Shown: positions 48,511-58,185 of the stretch, one piece after another
Position numbering within the stretch: position 1 is the stretch's first letter
How the letters are laid out: each line of letters starts with the position of its first letter
From: a bacterium
GTDB lineage: Bacteria > UBP6 > UBA1177
Length of the DNA stretch: 64,000 nucleotides
Reading direction: 5' to 3'
Assembly: GCA_016290135.1 (NCBI GenBank)
Contig: JAEESW010000009.1
Span: forward strand, 3,174-67,173
Position numbers and translations under genes: made by a program
Notes under the pieces: generated by a model
Databases searched by the model: none
The model's input: only the letters and a program-made list of their open reading frames with translations
What the model was told of the DNA's origin: nothing

Positions 48511-50268
48511 TTATTCTCCCTCGATCATGTTGAGTATTTCCTGCTTCTTTTCACCGTAGATCGAAGCTTCGCGCGGCAGGTAGTTGAGCTGGATTATCTT
48601 GTCGGTGAGGTCAAGGAAGTAGTTTCTCGCCTTTTCCCTGTCGTTGAACTTGAAGTTCTTGTCGAGGACTTTCGAGATGATGCCCAGCTGTTCGTTCTGC
48701 CTGTCCATGCTCGTCGCCGTGTCGACCTTGTCGTAAGCGTTCTGCTGCAGGTAAACCGCATCGTAGAACTCGCCTTTAAGGTAGGTCACCATATCGTCGA
48801 TGCTGATACCTTCCTCGCCGACGACCGACATCTTTTTGCCGATATCGTCGCTTTCGATGATCATTTTCTGAGCTTTTTCGATGATCTTTATCCTTTCCTT
48901 CATCTTGTCGTCGCCGTGTGCCGCGAATCTCTCGCCGTATTTCGACCAGCTGATGAGAGGATCGATCGCCGGGAATCTTCTTGCATCGGATCTCTGTCTG
49001 CTAAGACCTAAGAAGCATCCGACGACTGCAAGAGTCGAAAGGGTTACGGGCTCTTCAAAGTTACCGCCTGCGGGGCTTACCGATCCGCCGATCGTGAGCG
49101 AACCTTGCTCGCCGTTGTAAAGCTTGATGACGCCGGCTCTTTCATAAAGTTCCGAAATTCTGGAAGCGAGGTAAGCCGGGAATGCTTCTTCGCCCGGGAT
49201 CTCCTCAAGTCTTCCCGACATTTCGCGGAGAGCCTGAGCCCATCTCGAAGTCGAGTCTGCGAGAAGAAGGCAGTCGATACCCATCTGTCTGTAGTATTCA
49301 GCGATCGCAACGCCCATATATATCGAGCTTTCACGTGCCGCAACAGGCATTGACGACGTGTTGCAGATGATGCAGGTCCTGTCCATAAGCTTCTTTCCCG
49401 TCTGCGGGTCGTCAAGGTGCGGGAATTCACGAAGAATTTCAACGACTTCACCTGCACGTTCGCCGCATGCAACGATGATTACTATCTGAGTCGTCGCATA
49501 CTTTGAGATCTGGTGCTGAAGGACTGTTTTGCCTGCGCCGAAAGGTCCGGGAGTGCAGAACGTTCCGCCTTTAGCGACAGGAAAAGGACCGTCGATGATG
49601 CGCTGCGAAGTGACGAGCTGTTCGGTCGGAAGAAGTCTTTCGCCGAAACGGAGCGCGAATTTCGCAGGCCACATATTTATCATGTTGACCGAGCGGATGT
49701 TTCCTTTTTCGTCTTCGATCTTCGCTATCTCCTGCTCGACCGTGTATTCGCCGGGAGCCGCTATCGATTTGACGATACCTTTACCGATGAAGTTGAAGGG
49801 AACCATGATCTGGTGCTTGATGTTCTCTTCGGGGACCCAGCCCAAAAAGTGCGCTCTGTAGACGACATCGCCCACTTTAGCCGTTGGATTCCACTGCCAT
49901 TTGATGTTGCGGGGAAGCGGAGGAAGATAGATGCCTCTTTTGAGGAAGTATCCCGCAGCTTCTGCAATATCTTCAAGCGGATTCTGAAGACCGTCGAAGA
50001 CTCTCTTCAAAAGTCCCGGTCCGAGTTCGACGGAGAGAAGTTCTTTCTCGAAAACGACCTCGTCGCCGTATCTGATGCCGTCGGTAGGCTCGAAGATCTG
50101 GACTTTCGCTTCGTTTCCGTTGATCTCGATGACCTCGCCTTTGAGCGACTGTCCGCCGGTCTTGACGAAAACAACTTCGTTCTGACGGATCGTTCCGTCA
50201 AATCTTACGGTGACAAGGTTTCCCTGCGCCGCAATGATTATCCCTTTGGTTTTTTCATCCATTTGCAA
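48511..50268 (-). CDS. atpA: V-type ATP synthase subunit A (catalytic)
   Basis: Walker [10 protein letters not shown]; non-homologous insert region of A subunits; 585 aa. Confidence 0.95.
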   Translation of the reverse strand: MQMDEKTKGIIIAAQGNLVTVRFDGTIRQNEVVFVKTGGQSLKGEVIEINGNEAKVQIFEPTDGIRYGDEVVFEKELLSVELGPGLLKRVFDGLQNPLEDIAEAAGYFLKRGIYLPPLPRNIKWQWNPTAKVGDVVYRAHFLGWVPEENIKHQIMVPFNFIGKGIVKSIAAPGEYTVEQEIAKIEDEKGNIRSVNMINMWPAKFALRFGERLLPTEQLVTSQRIIDGPFPVAKGGTFCTPGPFGAGKTVLQHQISKYATTQIVIIVACGERAGEVVEILREFPHLDDPQTGKKLMDRTCIICNTSSMPVAARESSIYMGVAIAEYYRQMGIDCLLLADSTSRWAQALREMSGRLEEIPGEEAFPAYLASRISELYERAGVIKLYNGEQGSLTIGGSVSPAGGNFEEPVTLSTLAVVGCFLGLSRQRSDARRFPAIDPLISWSKYGERFAAHGDDKMKERIKIIEKAQKMIIESDDIGKKMSVVGEEGISIDDMVTYLKGEFYDAVYLQQNAYDKVDTATSMDRQNEQLGIISKVLDKNFKFNDREKARNYFLDLTDKIIQLNYLPREASIYGEKKQEILNMIEGE

Positions 50269-50276
50269 GTCTCCTA

Positions 50277-51092
50277 TCAGTAATTTCCATTGATTATGTT
50301 TTCCAAAATCTTCATTCCGGCTTCGTCGCTCTGAGTCATCCAGCGGTCTTTCATCTGGAAACCGATGATGTATCCGTAGATGATGTGGTCGGCGAAAGGC
50401 TTTTCCTGACCAACTTCTTCAAGAAGGTTGAAGCGTATCCTGTCGAGTTCTTTCTCAACTTCGTCAGGAGTCTTCTCCTTGTCAAAAAGTGCAGCAATTT
50501 CTGTGACTTCCGGGAAATAGCCTTTAAGACCGAGGTCTGCGTTGTTCCTGTTTTCAAGGATGAGTTTTACCGCGTCGCTGTCGCCTTTTAAGTGCTTGTC
50601 GAGATCTGTGCCGTTTTTCAGCATTCTGAGAGCCGAAACAACGGTGTAAACCGTCATCATGTTAGTGCCGTAGCGTGCGAGGAACGGGTTCTTGTTCGCG
50701 GACATCCAGGTGTAGTAGCCGGTGTAAAGCTCTTCGATTTTCGCGTTTCTCTCTTCGTTCGTCTTCGCCGACTCAAAGAAATCCTCAATAAATTCGGGAT
50801 ATTCGTCAGGAATGTTGTGTCTCGGGTCATCGACGAAAAGTTCAAGCTCTTCAGGAGCAGTTATGCCGGCGCGGAAAAAATCGGTTCCTATCCCTTCTTC
50901 AGCGGCAAGCCTTGATTTGACGATGAGCTCGATATTTCTGATGTCATCGAGAAGAAGGATAGAGCGGATCCCCTCGCGCAGAGGCTCGAGCTGCATGTCG
51001 AATTCCTCAAGCAGGTCGGCCAGAGAGCACGGGATGTCGCCGTCCCAGGTGAGCTGGGGGAGAGCCGCGATCGTGTAGTGATTAAACTTCAT
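50277..51092 (-). CDS. DUF2764-family protein (V-ATPase operon-associated, subunit C/d-like position)
   Basis: 271 aa alpha-helical protein in the conserved slot between atpE and atpA in Bacteroidetes/Chlamydia/Spirochaete-type V-ATPase operons. Confidence 0.6.
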   Translation of the reverse strand: MKFNHYTIAALPQLTWDGDIPCSLADLLEEFDMQLEPLREGIRSILLLDDIRNIELIVKSRLAAEEGIGTDFFRAGITAPEELELFVDDPRHNIPDEYPEFIEDFFESAKTNEERNAKIEELYTGYYTWMSANKNPFLARYGTNMMTVYTVVSALRMLKNGTDLDKHLKGDSDAVKLILENRNNADLGLKGYFPEVTEIAALFDKEKTPDEVEKELDRIRFNLLEEVGQEKPFADHIIYGYIIGFQMKDRWMTQSDEAGMKILENIINGNY

Positions 51093-51106
51093 GCTTAATC
51101 ACCCCG

Positions 51107-51739
51107 CTATTTTGAAAACAGTGCTTTTCTAAGTTCGGGTCTGATGTATTCTGTAAGCAGTTCAATGACCGACTCGTCGGTGAAATCGTAGCGGAGCGCC
51201 CCGTTTGTCTCGACCACTGCGAATCCTGACGGAAGCGTCTCGTCGCTGAGTCTGATCCCTTTTGCGCCGAGGGAGCTGATCTGACCGTTGACATAAGAAG
51301 CGAGCTTTTCTTTGAGCGCAGCCGGAAGTTCGACCGAAAAAGAGCCTTTGTCGGCATATATTTTAAGGAACTCCGAAACGAACTCTTTGATGAGCGCTTC
51401 GCTTTTCATAGCCTCTTTTACAGGAGCTGCGACAGCTGCCGTGAGAACCTCTTTTTCAAGAACGAGTTTGAGCTTGTCAACAGACTGTTTAGCTGCGATT
51501 TTCAGAGCCGATTCGGTGTTGTGCTTCATCGTTTCAGCCTCTTTTTTCGCGTTTTCGATTATCGTTTCAGCCTCTTTTTTAGCATCGGCGATGATTTTTG
51601 CAGATTCATTTTTCGCCTCGGAAATAATGGTCGCCTTTTCCTGCTCTGCAGGCTCGAGAACGGAAGATTTGAGGAAATCGGTGATATCCTTGATCTTGCT
51701 GTCGGTAACATTGAGTTTCGTGTTTTGAGCTTCGCCCAT
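51107..51739 (-). CDS. atpE: V-type ATP synthase subunit E
   Basis: Lys/Glu/Ala-rich N-terminal coiled coil (AEQEKATIISEAKNESAKIIADAKKEAETII) and C-terminal globular domain. Start at the Met preceded by GGAGG (51739). Confidence 0.8.
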   Translation of the reverse strand: MGEAQNTKLNVTDSKIKDITDFLKSSVLEPAEQEKATIISEAKNESAKIIADAKKEAETIIENAKKEAETMKHNTESALKIAAKQSVDKLKLVLEKEVLTAAVAAPVKEAMKSEALIKEFVSEFLKIYADKGSFSVELPAALKEKLASYVNGQISSLGAKGIRLSDETLPSGFAVVETNGALRYDFTDESVIELLTEYIRPELRKALFSK

Positions 51740-51852
51740 TTTAACCTCCAAAAAATGTGTTCAAAAACATTGCAACAGCGGCTATCTTAGCGGAGGGGGT
51801 ATAAAAGTCAAAATAAAAAATGGGGCTGAAATTATTAAATAAAATCAGTAAG

Positions 51853-53013
51853 TCAAAGACTCTTTCTGTAGATTTTGACGATGTCTTCCTTCGAAAGCGG
51901 TTTGAAAGTTCCGACTCTGGTATTCTTCAGTGCCGATTCCGCCATTTCTTCGAATTTGGAATCGTCTATGCCGATCTCCGAAAGTTTCTGCGGAAGTCCG
52001 AGTGATTTAAGGAAATCAGCAGTCTTTTCAATGGCTTGCAGTGCTGCAGACATGTCGTCCGTTTCGGTCGTGTTCCATACGTTTCTGCCGTATGCCGCGA
52101 ATTTGTAGCAGTTGTCCGCGTCGAGAACGTGTCTCATCCAGTTCGGAGTGAGGATCGCGAGTCCTACGCCGTGGGTGATGTCGTATTTTGCGCTGAGTTC
52201 GTGTTCGATCATGTGAGTCGCCCAGTCTCCCTCCTTGCCGAGTTCGAGAAGATCGTTCAGAGCGACCGTTCCCGCCCACATGATGTTGGCTCTCGCCTCG
52301 TAGTTTTCAGGCTCTTTGAGGACGATCGGAGCGTTTTCGATGAGTGTTTTGAGGACCGCTTCCGACATGTGGTCCTGCAGAGCGGCGTCGGGATAGCTGA
52401 AATACTGCTCGAAAACGTGGCTCGCTATGTCTGCAATACCTGCAGCGGTCTGTTCTTTCGGCACCGAGAAAGTGTATGCAGGGTCGAGTATGCTGAATCT
52501 GGGTTTCAGCCTTATGCTTCCCATCGGGAGCTTTTCCTGAGTTTTTTCGTTGGTCAGCACGCAGCCGCCGTTCATTTCGCTTCCGGTCGCCGCCAGAGTG
52601 AGGATCGCGCAGATCGGAAGCGCTTTTTTGACGCTCGCCTTTCTGATGAAGAAATCCCACGGATCGCCGTTGTGGTATCTTGCCGCAGCTATCGCCTTGC
52701 TGCAGTCGATGACGCTTCCTGCCCCGGCCGCGACGATAAAATCGACATCGTTTTCACGGCAGAGTTCCGCCCCTTTCGCGACGCTCGTTATCCTGGGATT
52801 CGGATCGATGCCCGGAAGTTCGGTGACTTTGATCGAGTTTTCGGCAAGCTGCGAGATTATCCTGTCATAAAGCCCGCTTCGCTTGATGCTCCCTTTCCCG
52901 TAGACTAAAAGCACGGATTTGACATTATCTTTGACCAGTCTTTTTCCCAGAATTTCGATCTGGTCTTTGCCGAAAAATATTTCTGTCGGCATGTTGAGAC
53001 GAAAATTGTTCAT
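51853..53013 (-). CDS. iron-containing alcohol dehydrogenase (butanol/1,3-PD dehydrogenase-like)
   Basis: Fe-ADH motifs GGGSVIDCSKAIA, Gly-rich NAD site AAGAGS, metal-binding His cluster (HxxxH...H). Confidence 0.9.
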   Translation of the reverse strand: MNNFRLNMPTEIFFGKDQIEILGKRLVKDNVKSVLLVYGKGSIKRSGLYDRIISQLAENSIKVTELPGIDPNPRITSVAKGAELCRENDVDFIVAAGAGSVIDCSKAIAAARYHNGDPWDFFIRKASVKKALPICAILTLAATGSEMNGGCVLTNEKTQEKLPMGSIRLKPRFSILDPAYTFSVPKEQTAAGIADIASHVFEQYFSYPDAALQDHMSEAVLKTLIENAPIVLKEPENYEARANIMWAGTVALNDLLELGKEGDWATHMIEHELSAKYDITHGVGLAILTPNWMRHVLDADNCYKFAAYGRNVWNTTETDDMSAALQAIEKTADFLKSLGLPQKLSEIGIDDSKFEEMAESALKNTRVGTFKPLSKEDIVKIYRKSL

Positions 53014-53070
53014 CTTTGGTCCTCATGAATAAAAGAATGTATTTGGGATCTTATGAGATAAAATGAAAAT

Positions 53071-53481
53071 TTAGAATTCACCGGTTTTGTTGACGCTGTA
53101 GCCCTGGTCTTCTTTCCAGCCCTTGAGTTTTTTGAGTTCCTTTACAGCTTCGTTCTTCGCATCATCGACCGATTTCGCGCTGAAAGCGAAAACAAAACTG
53201 TTCCTGAGAACTCCGTCTACCCAGTAAGCAGTCTGCAGGACAGCGAAGAAACCCTGGTTCAAAGCCGTTGACGCGCCGACCTTGACATTCGAGTGCCCCT
53301 GCTGCTTGAGCTGCTGTATCGCGCTGTTTTTTGCCTTTGTCACATTTTTGCCGTCTTCAAACGAGAAAGTCCAGGTCACAGAATTGTTGTCCTTGTCGAG
53401 AGCTTCGGCAAACGCCGCCGCACCGAAAACAGGAAAGGTGAAAACAAAAAGAAATGCTGCGAGGAAAAGCGATGCTTTCAT
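53071..53481 (-). CDS. small secreted hypothetical protein
   Basis: Signal peptide MKASLFLAAFLFVFTFPVFGAAAFA; 136 aa; no recognised domain. Confidence 0.55.
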   Translation of the reverse strand: MKASLFLAAFLFVFTFPVFGAAAFAEALDKDNNSVTWTFSFEDGKNVTKAKNSAIQQLKQQGHSNVKVGASTALNQGFFAVLQTAYWVDGVLRNSFVFAFSAKSVDDAKNEAVKELKKLKGWKEDQGYSVNKTGEF

Positions 53482-53496
53482 GACATTCTCCTAAAA

Positions 53497-54984
53497 TTAT
53501 AATTTCTCCAAAAGCTCTTTCGCCTTTTTGTAGCGTTTGCTTTCGGGATCTACCGAGTTGATGATCTTCTGAAGAAGTTTTTTCGCTTCTTCCGGATCGG
53601 AATCTTCCATAGCCTTTGCTTCCATGTAGAGTCTCTTTGCTTCGTCTTCGCTCATGGTCGCTTTTTTCTTTGCCGGTTTGGGCTCAGCCTTTTTCTCGGC
53701 TTTCTTGGGTTCTTCCTTCTTCGGCTCAGCCTTGGGCTCTTCTTTCTTGGGCTCTTCCTTCTTCGGCTCAGCCTTGGGTTCTTCTTTCTTCGGTTCAGCC
53801 TTCTTGTCAGCTTTCTTGGGCTCTTCCTTCTTCGGTTCAGCCTTCTTGTCAGCCTTCTTCGGCTCATCTTTCTTGGTCTCTTCCTTTTTCGGCTCTTCCT
53901 TTACTTCATTCTGCTGCGGTTCTTCCTTTTTCGGTGCGGAAAGAAGAAGGTTCTGCGCATCTTTGTAGAAGATCGAGTTTTCGGGGATCGATCTCAGAAG
54001 TTCCTCACCTTCAGGATTTTTCTGAGCGAGCTTCGACTTGCCGTTTTCGAAAGTGATCTGGTTGGTCTTTTCTCTGCCGATAAGGACAGCCTGCTCGTTG
54101 AGCCACGATTTGTACGGATTGTCGCCGGAGGTCTTTTCGTTTGCCGCAAGGACAGCCTTTTCCGCGTTCTTGAGGTCTTTCGCCGCGATCATTTTTTCTA
54201 TCGCAGCTTTATCCTGCTCTCCGAAAGCTGCTTTGACTTCGGTGGCAGTCTTGACCGGCTGGTTGTTCTGGTTGTCGAAAAGCATAAAGTATGCAACACC
54301 GCCGATACCGATGAGAAGGATTATGATGATCGCGATGATGATGCCTGTCGAAGATCCTTTCTTTGCCGGTTCTTCATCTTCGATGTCGTAAGCGGGCTGG
54401 AGCGTCTGTTTCGTAACTCTCTGCGCCTGCTGTTTCGGCTTAAGGTCAGGATTGAGTATCTCGAACTTTATCTGGCGTGCGCCGGCCGAAATGATGTCTC
54501 CGTCAGAAAGAGTGGCGGACGTGATCTTCGTACCGTTGACCTTCGTGCCGTTTCCGCTGCCCATGTCGGATATTACGAAACGGTCGTCGTCCTTCGTGAT
54601 CTTGAAGTGTTTTCTTGAGACCGAACTGTCGCTGATGACGAAATCGTTGTCGAGGCTTCTTCCGGCGATGATCTCATCTTTCGTGATCTCGATGTTTTTG
54701 CCGGTGTCCTTGCCGTCGACGATCGTAAGTTTTGCGTCTGCGGGGTGGCCTGAAAGAGCCGACAGATCGATGATCGCGGTCTTTTCGGAAGCCATCTCCT
54801 CATCGTCTTCGTCGTCAAGGTATTTTGATGAGATCGAGGAAATAGGCGGAGGAGTCGGGATCGAATCGGATTTCTTGCCGAGAGCTTCCTTTCTTGCCTT
54901 TTCAGCCTTGATCTTTTCAGCAAGTTTTTTCAGGTATTCCTTGTCGATTGTGGGTTTTGCATTGTTCTGATTGTTTTCGTCCAT
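53497..54984 (-). CDS. FHA-domain membrane protein with Lys/Glu/Pro-rich tandem repeats
   Basis: N-terminal FHA domain (GR..DNDFVISD..VSRKHFKI..FVISDMGSGNGTKVNG), one TM helix (GIIIAIIIILLIGIGGVAYFMLF), (AEPKKEEPKK)n low-complexity region and a helical C-terminus. Start at the Met preceded by AGGAGA. Confidence 0.8.
   Translation of the reverse strand: MDENNQNNAKPTIDKEYLKKLAEKIKAEKARKEALGKKSDSIPTPPPISSISSKYLDDEDDEEMASEKTAIIDLSALSGHPADAKLTIVDGKDTGKNIEITKDEIIAGRSLDNDFVISDSSVSRKHFKITKDDDRFVISDMGSGNGTKVNGTKITSATLSDGDIISAGARQIKFEILNPDLKPKQQAQRVTKQTLQPAYDIEDEEPAKKGSSTGIIIAIIIILLIGIGGVAYFMLFDNQNNQPVKTATEVKAAFGEQDKAAIEKMIAAKDLKNAEKAVLAANEKTSGDNPYKSWLNEQAVLIGREKTNQITFENGKSKLAQKNPEGEELLRSIPENSIFYKDAQNLLLSAPKKEEPQQNEVKEEPKKEETKKDEPKKADKKAEPKKEEPKKADKKAEPKKEEPKAEPKKEEPKKEEPKAEPKKEEPKKAEKKAEPKPAKKKATMSEDEAKRLYMEAKAMEDSDPEEAKKLLQKIINSVDPESKRYKKAKELLEKL
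53680..53905. repeat. in-frame tandem repeats (15-30 nt units, CTTCTTCGGCTCAGCCTTGGGCTCTTC-like) encoding KKEEPK/AEPKK
   Basis: At least seven near-identical units visible in the FHA gene; they generate spurious ORFs in other frames. Confidence 0.7.
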
Positions 54985-55236
54985 TTTTTTTCTCCTGAAA
55001 TTGAACAACTAAACAAAAAATACCGTGCTCCTTACCTTAAAAAGGGTAAAAAGTCAAATAATGCGCATCACTTTGTCACGGACACCGGAAATGTTCCTTC
55101 GGAAAGGCTCTTTCATTTTTTTCGGGGCTCTGTTCCCGGTGTTTTTTCATGTTTCGCCGAAAATTTGATTTGCTCTTCTCTTTCTGTAAAATATTCCGCT
55201 CTTTTGGAGAGGTTTTATGTTTTACAGGAGAGAAAA

Positions 55237-56655
55237 ATGAGAAAAAACATTGTTTTTATGATGTTGTTCGTTCTTTTTGTTTTTGCGGGATGCGGTTCCG
55301 TCTCCCTTTTTGAGAAAGGCAATGCCGCAAGAGAAACGGACAAAGTCAAGGCACGCGGTTTCTATGAGGAATCATGCGAGAAGGAAAACAATTTCGAAGC
55401 CTGCCACAATGCGGCTATGCTCTGGCAGAAAGGCGACGGGATATGCGAAGAGAACACCAAGGCCCGCGAGCTTTTCAAAAAAGCGTGCGACGGCAGGTTC
55501 GACGAGTCCTGCTTTATCCTTGCCGATATGTGGGCCAACGGAAAAGGCGGTGTCTACAAAGATACCGATTCCGCTTTCAACCTTTATAAAGAGACTTGTG
55601 AACGCGGTCTCGGAAAGGCATGCAGAGGCGTAGGCCAGATCTATGCGAAAGGCGGCGGTTCGATCGCGAAAAGTATCGATAAGGCGAAAGAATACTTCGC
55701 TCTCGCCTGCGAAAAGGGCGATATGAAGACCTGCGTCGATCTCGGTCAGACATGGTCTAAAAAATTCGAAGAGGCTGAAGGCTACGAAAAGACAGTCACT
55801 TTCTGGGGGAAAGCGTGTGACGGCGGAATGCTTGATGTCTGCGAGAAACTTGCTGACATGATAGTCGCGACGAAGGAAAAGGAAGAAAAGGTCCCGCTTT
55901 CAAAAGGATACTACGAAAAAGCGTGTGATGGCGGTTCGAAAGAGGCCTGCTACAAACTTGCACGCGCCATGGTCGACAATGTCGAAGGTTCGGACGGCGA
56001 GGCTCAGGTCTACTATAAAAAGGCTTGCGATGCGGATCACGCTGAGTCGTGCTACTACATCGGTGTTTACCTCAGCGAGGCTTACGGAGAGACTGTCGAA
56101 CTTGAAAAACTCAAGGAGATGCACTCTTACTACGACAAATCCTGCAAAAAAGGTTTCGAGGCTTCATGCTCAAGCGCAAACTCACTTCAGGCTTCGATAG
56201 AAGAACAGGAAGAGGTGCTCCGCAAGCAGGAGGAAGAGAGAAAACTTGCTGAGGAAGAGGCACGCAAAGAGGCTGAGAGACTGGCGGCCGAAGAGGCTGA
56301 AAGGGAAAGACTCGAGCGCGAGAAAGCTGAAGAAGAGGAAAGACGCGCCGAAGAAGAGTTCAAAAGAAAACAGAAAGAAGAGGAAGAGGAGCTGAAGAGA
56401 CAGCGCAGAGAGGCTGAAAGAGAAGCCGCTGAAGCAGCTGCGAAAGAAGAAGAGGAAGAAGAGGAGGAGGAAGAGGAAGAAGAAGAGCCCGCTCCGAAGA
56501 AAAGCAAAAAGAAAGCTCCGGAACCTGAGGAAGATGAAGAAGAGATAGAGGAAGAAGAAGAGGAGGAGGAAGAGGAAGAAGAAGAGCCTGCTCCGAAGAA
56601 AAAATCGAAAAAGAAAAGCGCCGAAGAAGAACTTGACGACCTTTTCGACGAATGA
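55237..56655 (+). CDS. Sel1-repeat (Hcp-like, Cys-paired) lipoprotein with poly-Glu/Lys C-terminal tail
   Basis: Lipobox FVFAGCGS; about seven 36-aa Sel1-like repeats each with paired Cys (ACDG..C, ACEKG..C, CERG..C); C-terminal ERKLAEEEARKEAER.. and (E)n-PAPKKSKKK x2. Confidence 0.75.
   Translation: MRKNIVFMMLFVLFVFAGCGSVSLFEKGNAARETDKVKARGFYEESCEKENNFEACHNAAMLWQKGDGICEENTKARELFKKACDGRFDESCFILADMWANGKGGVYKDTDSAFNLYKETCERGLGKACRGVGQIYAKGGGSIAKSIDKAKEYFALACEKGDMKTCVDLGQTWSKKFEEAEGYEKTVTFWGKACDGGMLDVCEKLADMIVATKEKEEKVPLSKGYYEKACDGGSKEACYKLARAMVDNVEGSDGEAQVYYKKACDADHAESCYYIGVYLSEAYGETVELEKLKEMHSYYDKSCKKGFEASCSSANSLQASIEEQEEVLRKQEEERKLAEEEARKEAERLAAEEAERERLEREKAEEEERRAEEEFKRKQKEEEEELKRQRREAEREAAEAAAKEEEEEEEEEEEEEEPAPKKSKKKAPEPEEDEEEIEEEEEEEEEEEEEPAPKKKSKKKSAEEELDDLFDE
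56400..56640. repeat. GAA/GAG-rich coding repeats including duplicated (E)15-PAPKK(K)SKKK unit
   Basis: Two copies of GAAGAAGAG..CCCGCTCCGAAGAAAAGCAAAAAGAAAGC-like unit. Confidence 0.6.
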
Positions 56656-56776
56656 TCAGAAAAATTCGATAGATTCCAGATAAGATCCTGAAAATCCGTG
56701 TCGAGACGCCGTGTTATGACGTCTCAAAAAACATGATCCCCGTAAATGATACGCGCCGGGTCACGTCTCTACGTGT

Positions 56777-58150
56777 TCAGAACCAGTCCTTTTTCTTGAA
56801 ATACCAGACGACAAGTCCCGAGAATATTATTGAAATTATAACGAAAACGGCAAACGGATAATACGATTTTACTTCGCCGCCGGGAAGCTGGATGTTCATG
56901 CCGTATATCGAGGCGAACATGACGGGAACCGTGAGGACGATGGTGATGATGGTGAGAAGTTTCATTATGTTGTTCAGTTTGTTCGAGATGATCGAGCTGA
57001 ACGCCGTCATCATCTCGCTCACGATGTTGTTGTAGATGGATGACATTTCGATCGCCTGTTTCGTTTCTATCACGATGTCGTCGATCTTGTCGTCGTTTTC
57101 TTCGGTCTCGGGGACGATACCGATTTTTCTGAGTTTCATCGCCATAAATTCGTTTGATTTCAAAGCTGTGGTGAAGTAGACAAGGCTTTTTTCAAGGTTC
57201 AGAAGTTTTGCAAGGTCCTCGTTTTTACTTGTTTCCTGGATCTTTTTCTGGACGATCGTGATGATGTTGCTTATCTGTTTGAGGTAAAGCAGGAAAAACT
57301 GTGTCGTATCGTAGAGGATGGAGAGGGTGAAATCGTCCTTTGCGAGGCTCCCGAGATATTTTTTCCGCATCCCTTCGACCATTTTCGTAACGAGTTCCGT
57401 CGCCATGTTGCTGACAAGAAGGATCGTGTTTTCGGTAAAGATTATGCCGAGCGGAACTGTCCCGTACATTTCGTCTTCGTCGGTAGAGTCGTAGTAGGGG
57501 ATCTTCACGATGACGAGTTTGTTGTTGTCCTCCTCTTCTATTCGTGCCCTTTCATCCATATCGAGAGCATATTCGAAAAAGTCCGCGGGGATCTTCAGCT
57601 CTTTGCAGAGAAAGTCGATCTCTTCCTGACCGGGGTCGGTCACCGTTATCAGTGTGCCTTTGTCTAACTTGTTGATCTGTTTGAGTTTTTTTGCAAAAGG
57701 CTTGTAGACCCGGATGCTTTCGTGAATGTTGCCTTCGCGGTCTCGGATAATGCCCGGGATGTTGCCGAAAAGAGCTTCCTGCGCCTGCCTCGACTCCTTG
57801 TCGATCTCTTCGATGAGTTCGTGGATCTCGTTTTTTTTCTCTTCGTCAAGATTCGAAAGGATCTGCGCGTGGACGTTTTCAGGCAGTTCGTAGAGCAGTT
57901 CTGCGAGTTGTCTGCTCGACATCTGCGAGGTCAGCTGGTTTTTGACTTCGTCTTCAAATTCCGTGAATATATCGGCCACAATCTCTTCATCGATAAACGA
58001 GAATATCTGAATAATCTCGGGAATTTCCAGTGCTTCAAAAAAGTTCGCGACAACATCGGGAGGGTTCGACTCGGCAAAATCTTTGATATCCTCAAAGAGA
58101 CCGTCTTCCAGCATCTCCCTGATTTCTTTGACGAGCAGTGTATTTTTCAT
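56777..58150 (-). CDS. corA: CorA-family Mg2+/Co2+ transporter with N-terminal MgtE_N-like extension
   Basis: C-terminal two TM helices with YGMN(I) signature (ASIYGMNIQLPG) and the CorA cytoplasmic funnel domain. An extra ~120-aa acidic helical N-terminus (PPDVVANFFEALEIPEIIQIF...LYELPENVHAQILSNLDEEKK) resembles the MgtE N-domain. Confidence 0.8.
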   Translation of the reverse strand: MKNTLLVKEIREMLEDGLFEDIKDFAESNPPDVVANFFEALEIPEIIQIFSFIDEEIVADIFTEFEDEVKNQLTSQMSSRQLAELLYELPENVHAQILSNLDEEKKNEIHELIEEIDKESRQAQEALFGNIPGIIRDREGNIHESIRVYKPFAKKLKQINKLDKGTLITVTDPGQEEIDFLCKELKIPADFFEYALDMDERARIEEEDNNKLVIVKIPYYDSTDEDEMYGTVPLGIIFTENTILLVSNMATELVTKMVEGMRKKYLGSLAKDDFTLSILYDTTQFFLLYLKQISNIITIVQKKIQETSKNEDLAKLLNLEKSLVYFTTALKSNEFMAMKLRKIGIVPETEENDDKIDDIVIETKQAIEMSSIYNNIVSEMMTAFSSIISNKLNNIMKLLTIITIVLTVPVMFASIYGMNIQLPGGEVKSYYPFAVFVIISIIFSGLVVWYFKKKDWF

Positions 58151-58152
58151 GA

Positions 58153-58185
58153 TTTCCTCCCGTCGGACGCGGGAGGGAAGGGTGA
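58153..58185 (-). promoter_or_regulatory. Shine-Dalgarno-sequestering hairpin in corA 5'UTR
   Basis: Minus-strand leader ...CCCTTCCCTCCCG-CGTCCGA-CGGGAGGAAATC-ATG: the GGGAGG SD forms the 3' arm of a >=7-bp GC-rich stem. Confidence 0.4.

Noticed and set aside
52036-52908. 290-aa plus-strand ORF antisense to the Fe-ADH gene
   Set aside because: Arg/Val-rich shadow ORF; the ADH frame carries all family motifs.
53616-54056. Plus-strand Ser/Phe/Gly-rich ORFs and the minus-strand Arg/Lys/Pro-rich ORF 53652..53867 in the repeat region; considered whether the regular ~30-nt repeats could be a CRISPR array
   Set aside because: The repeats are in-frame coding units (KKEEPK/AEPKK) of the FHA protein, lack unique spacers and have no cas genes; the other ORFs are frame artefacts of the repeat.
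56187-56507. Poly-Ser 106-aa minus-strand ORF
   Set aside because: Antisense of the GAA/GAG (poly-Glu) tail of the Sel1 lipoprotein.
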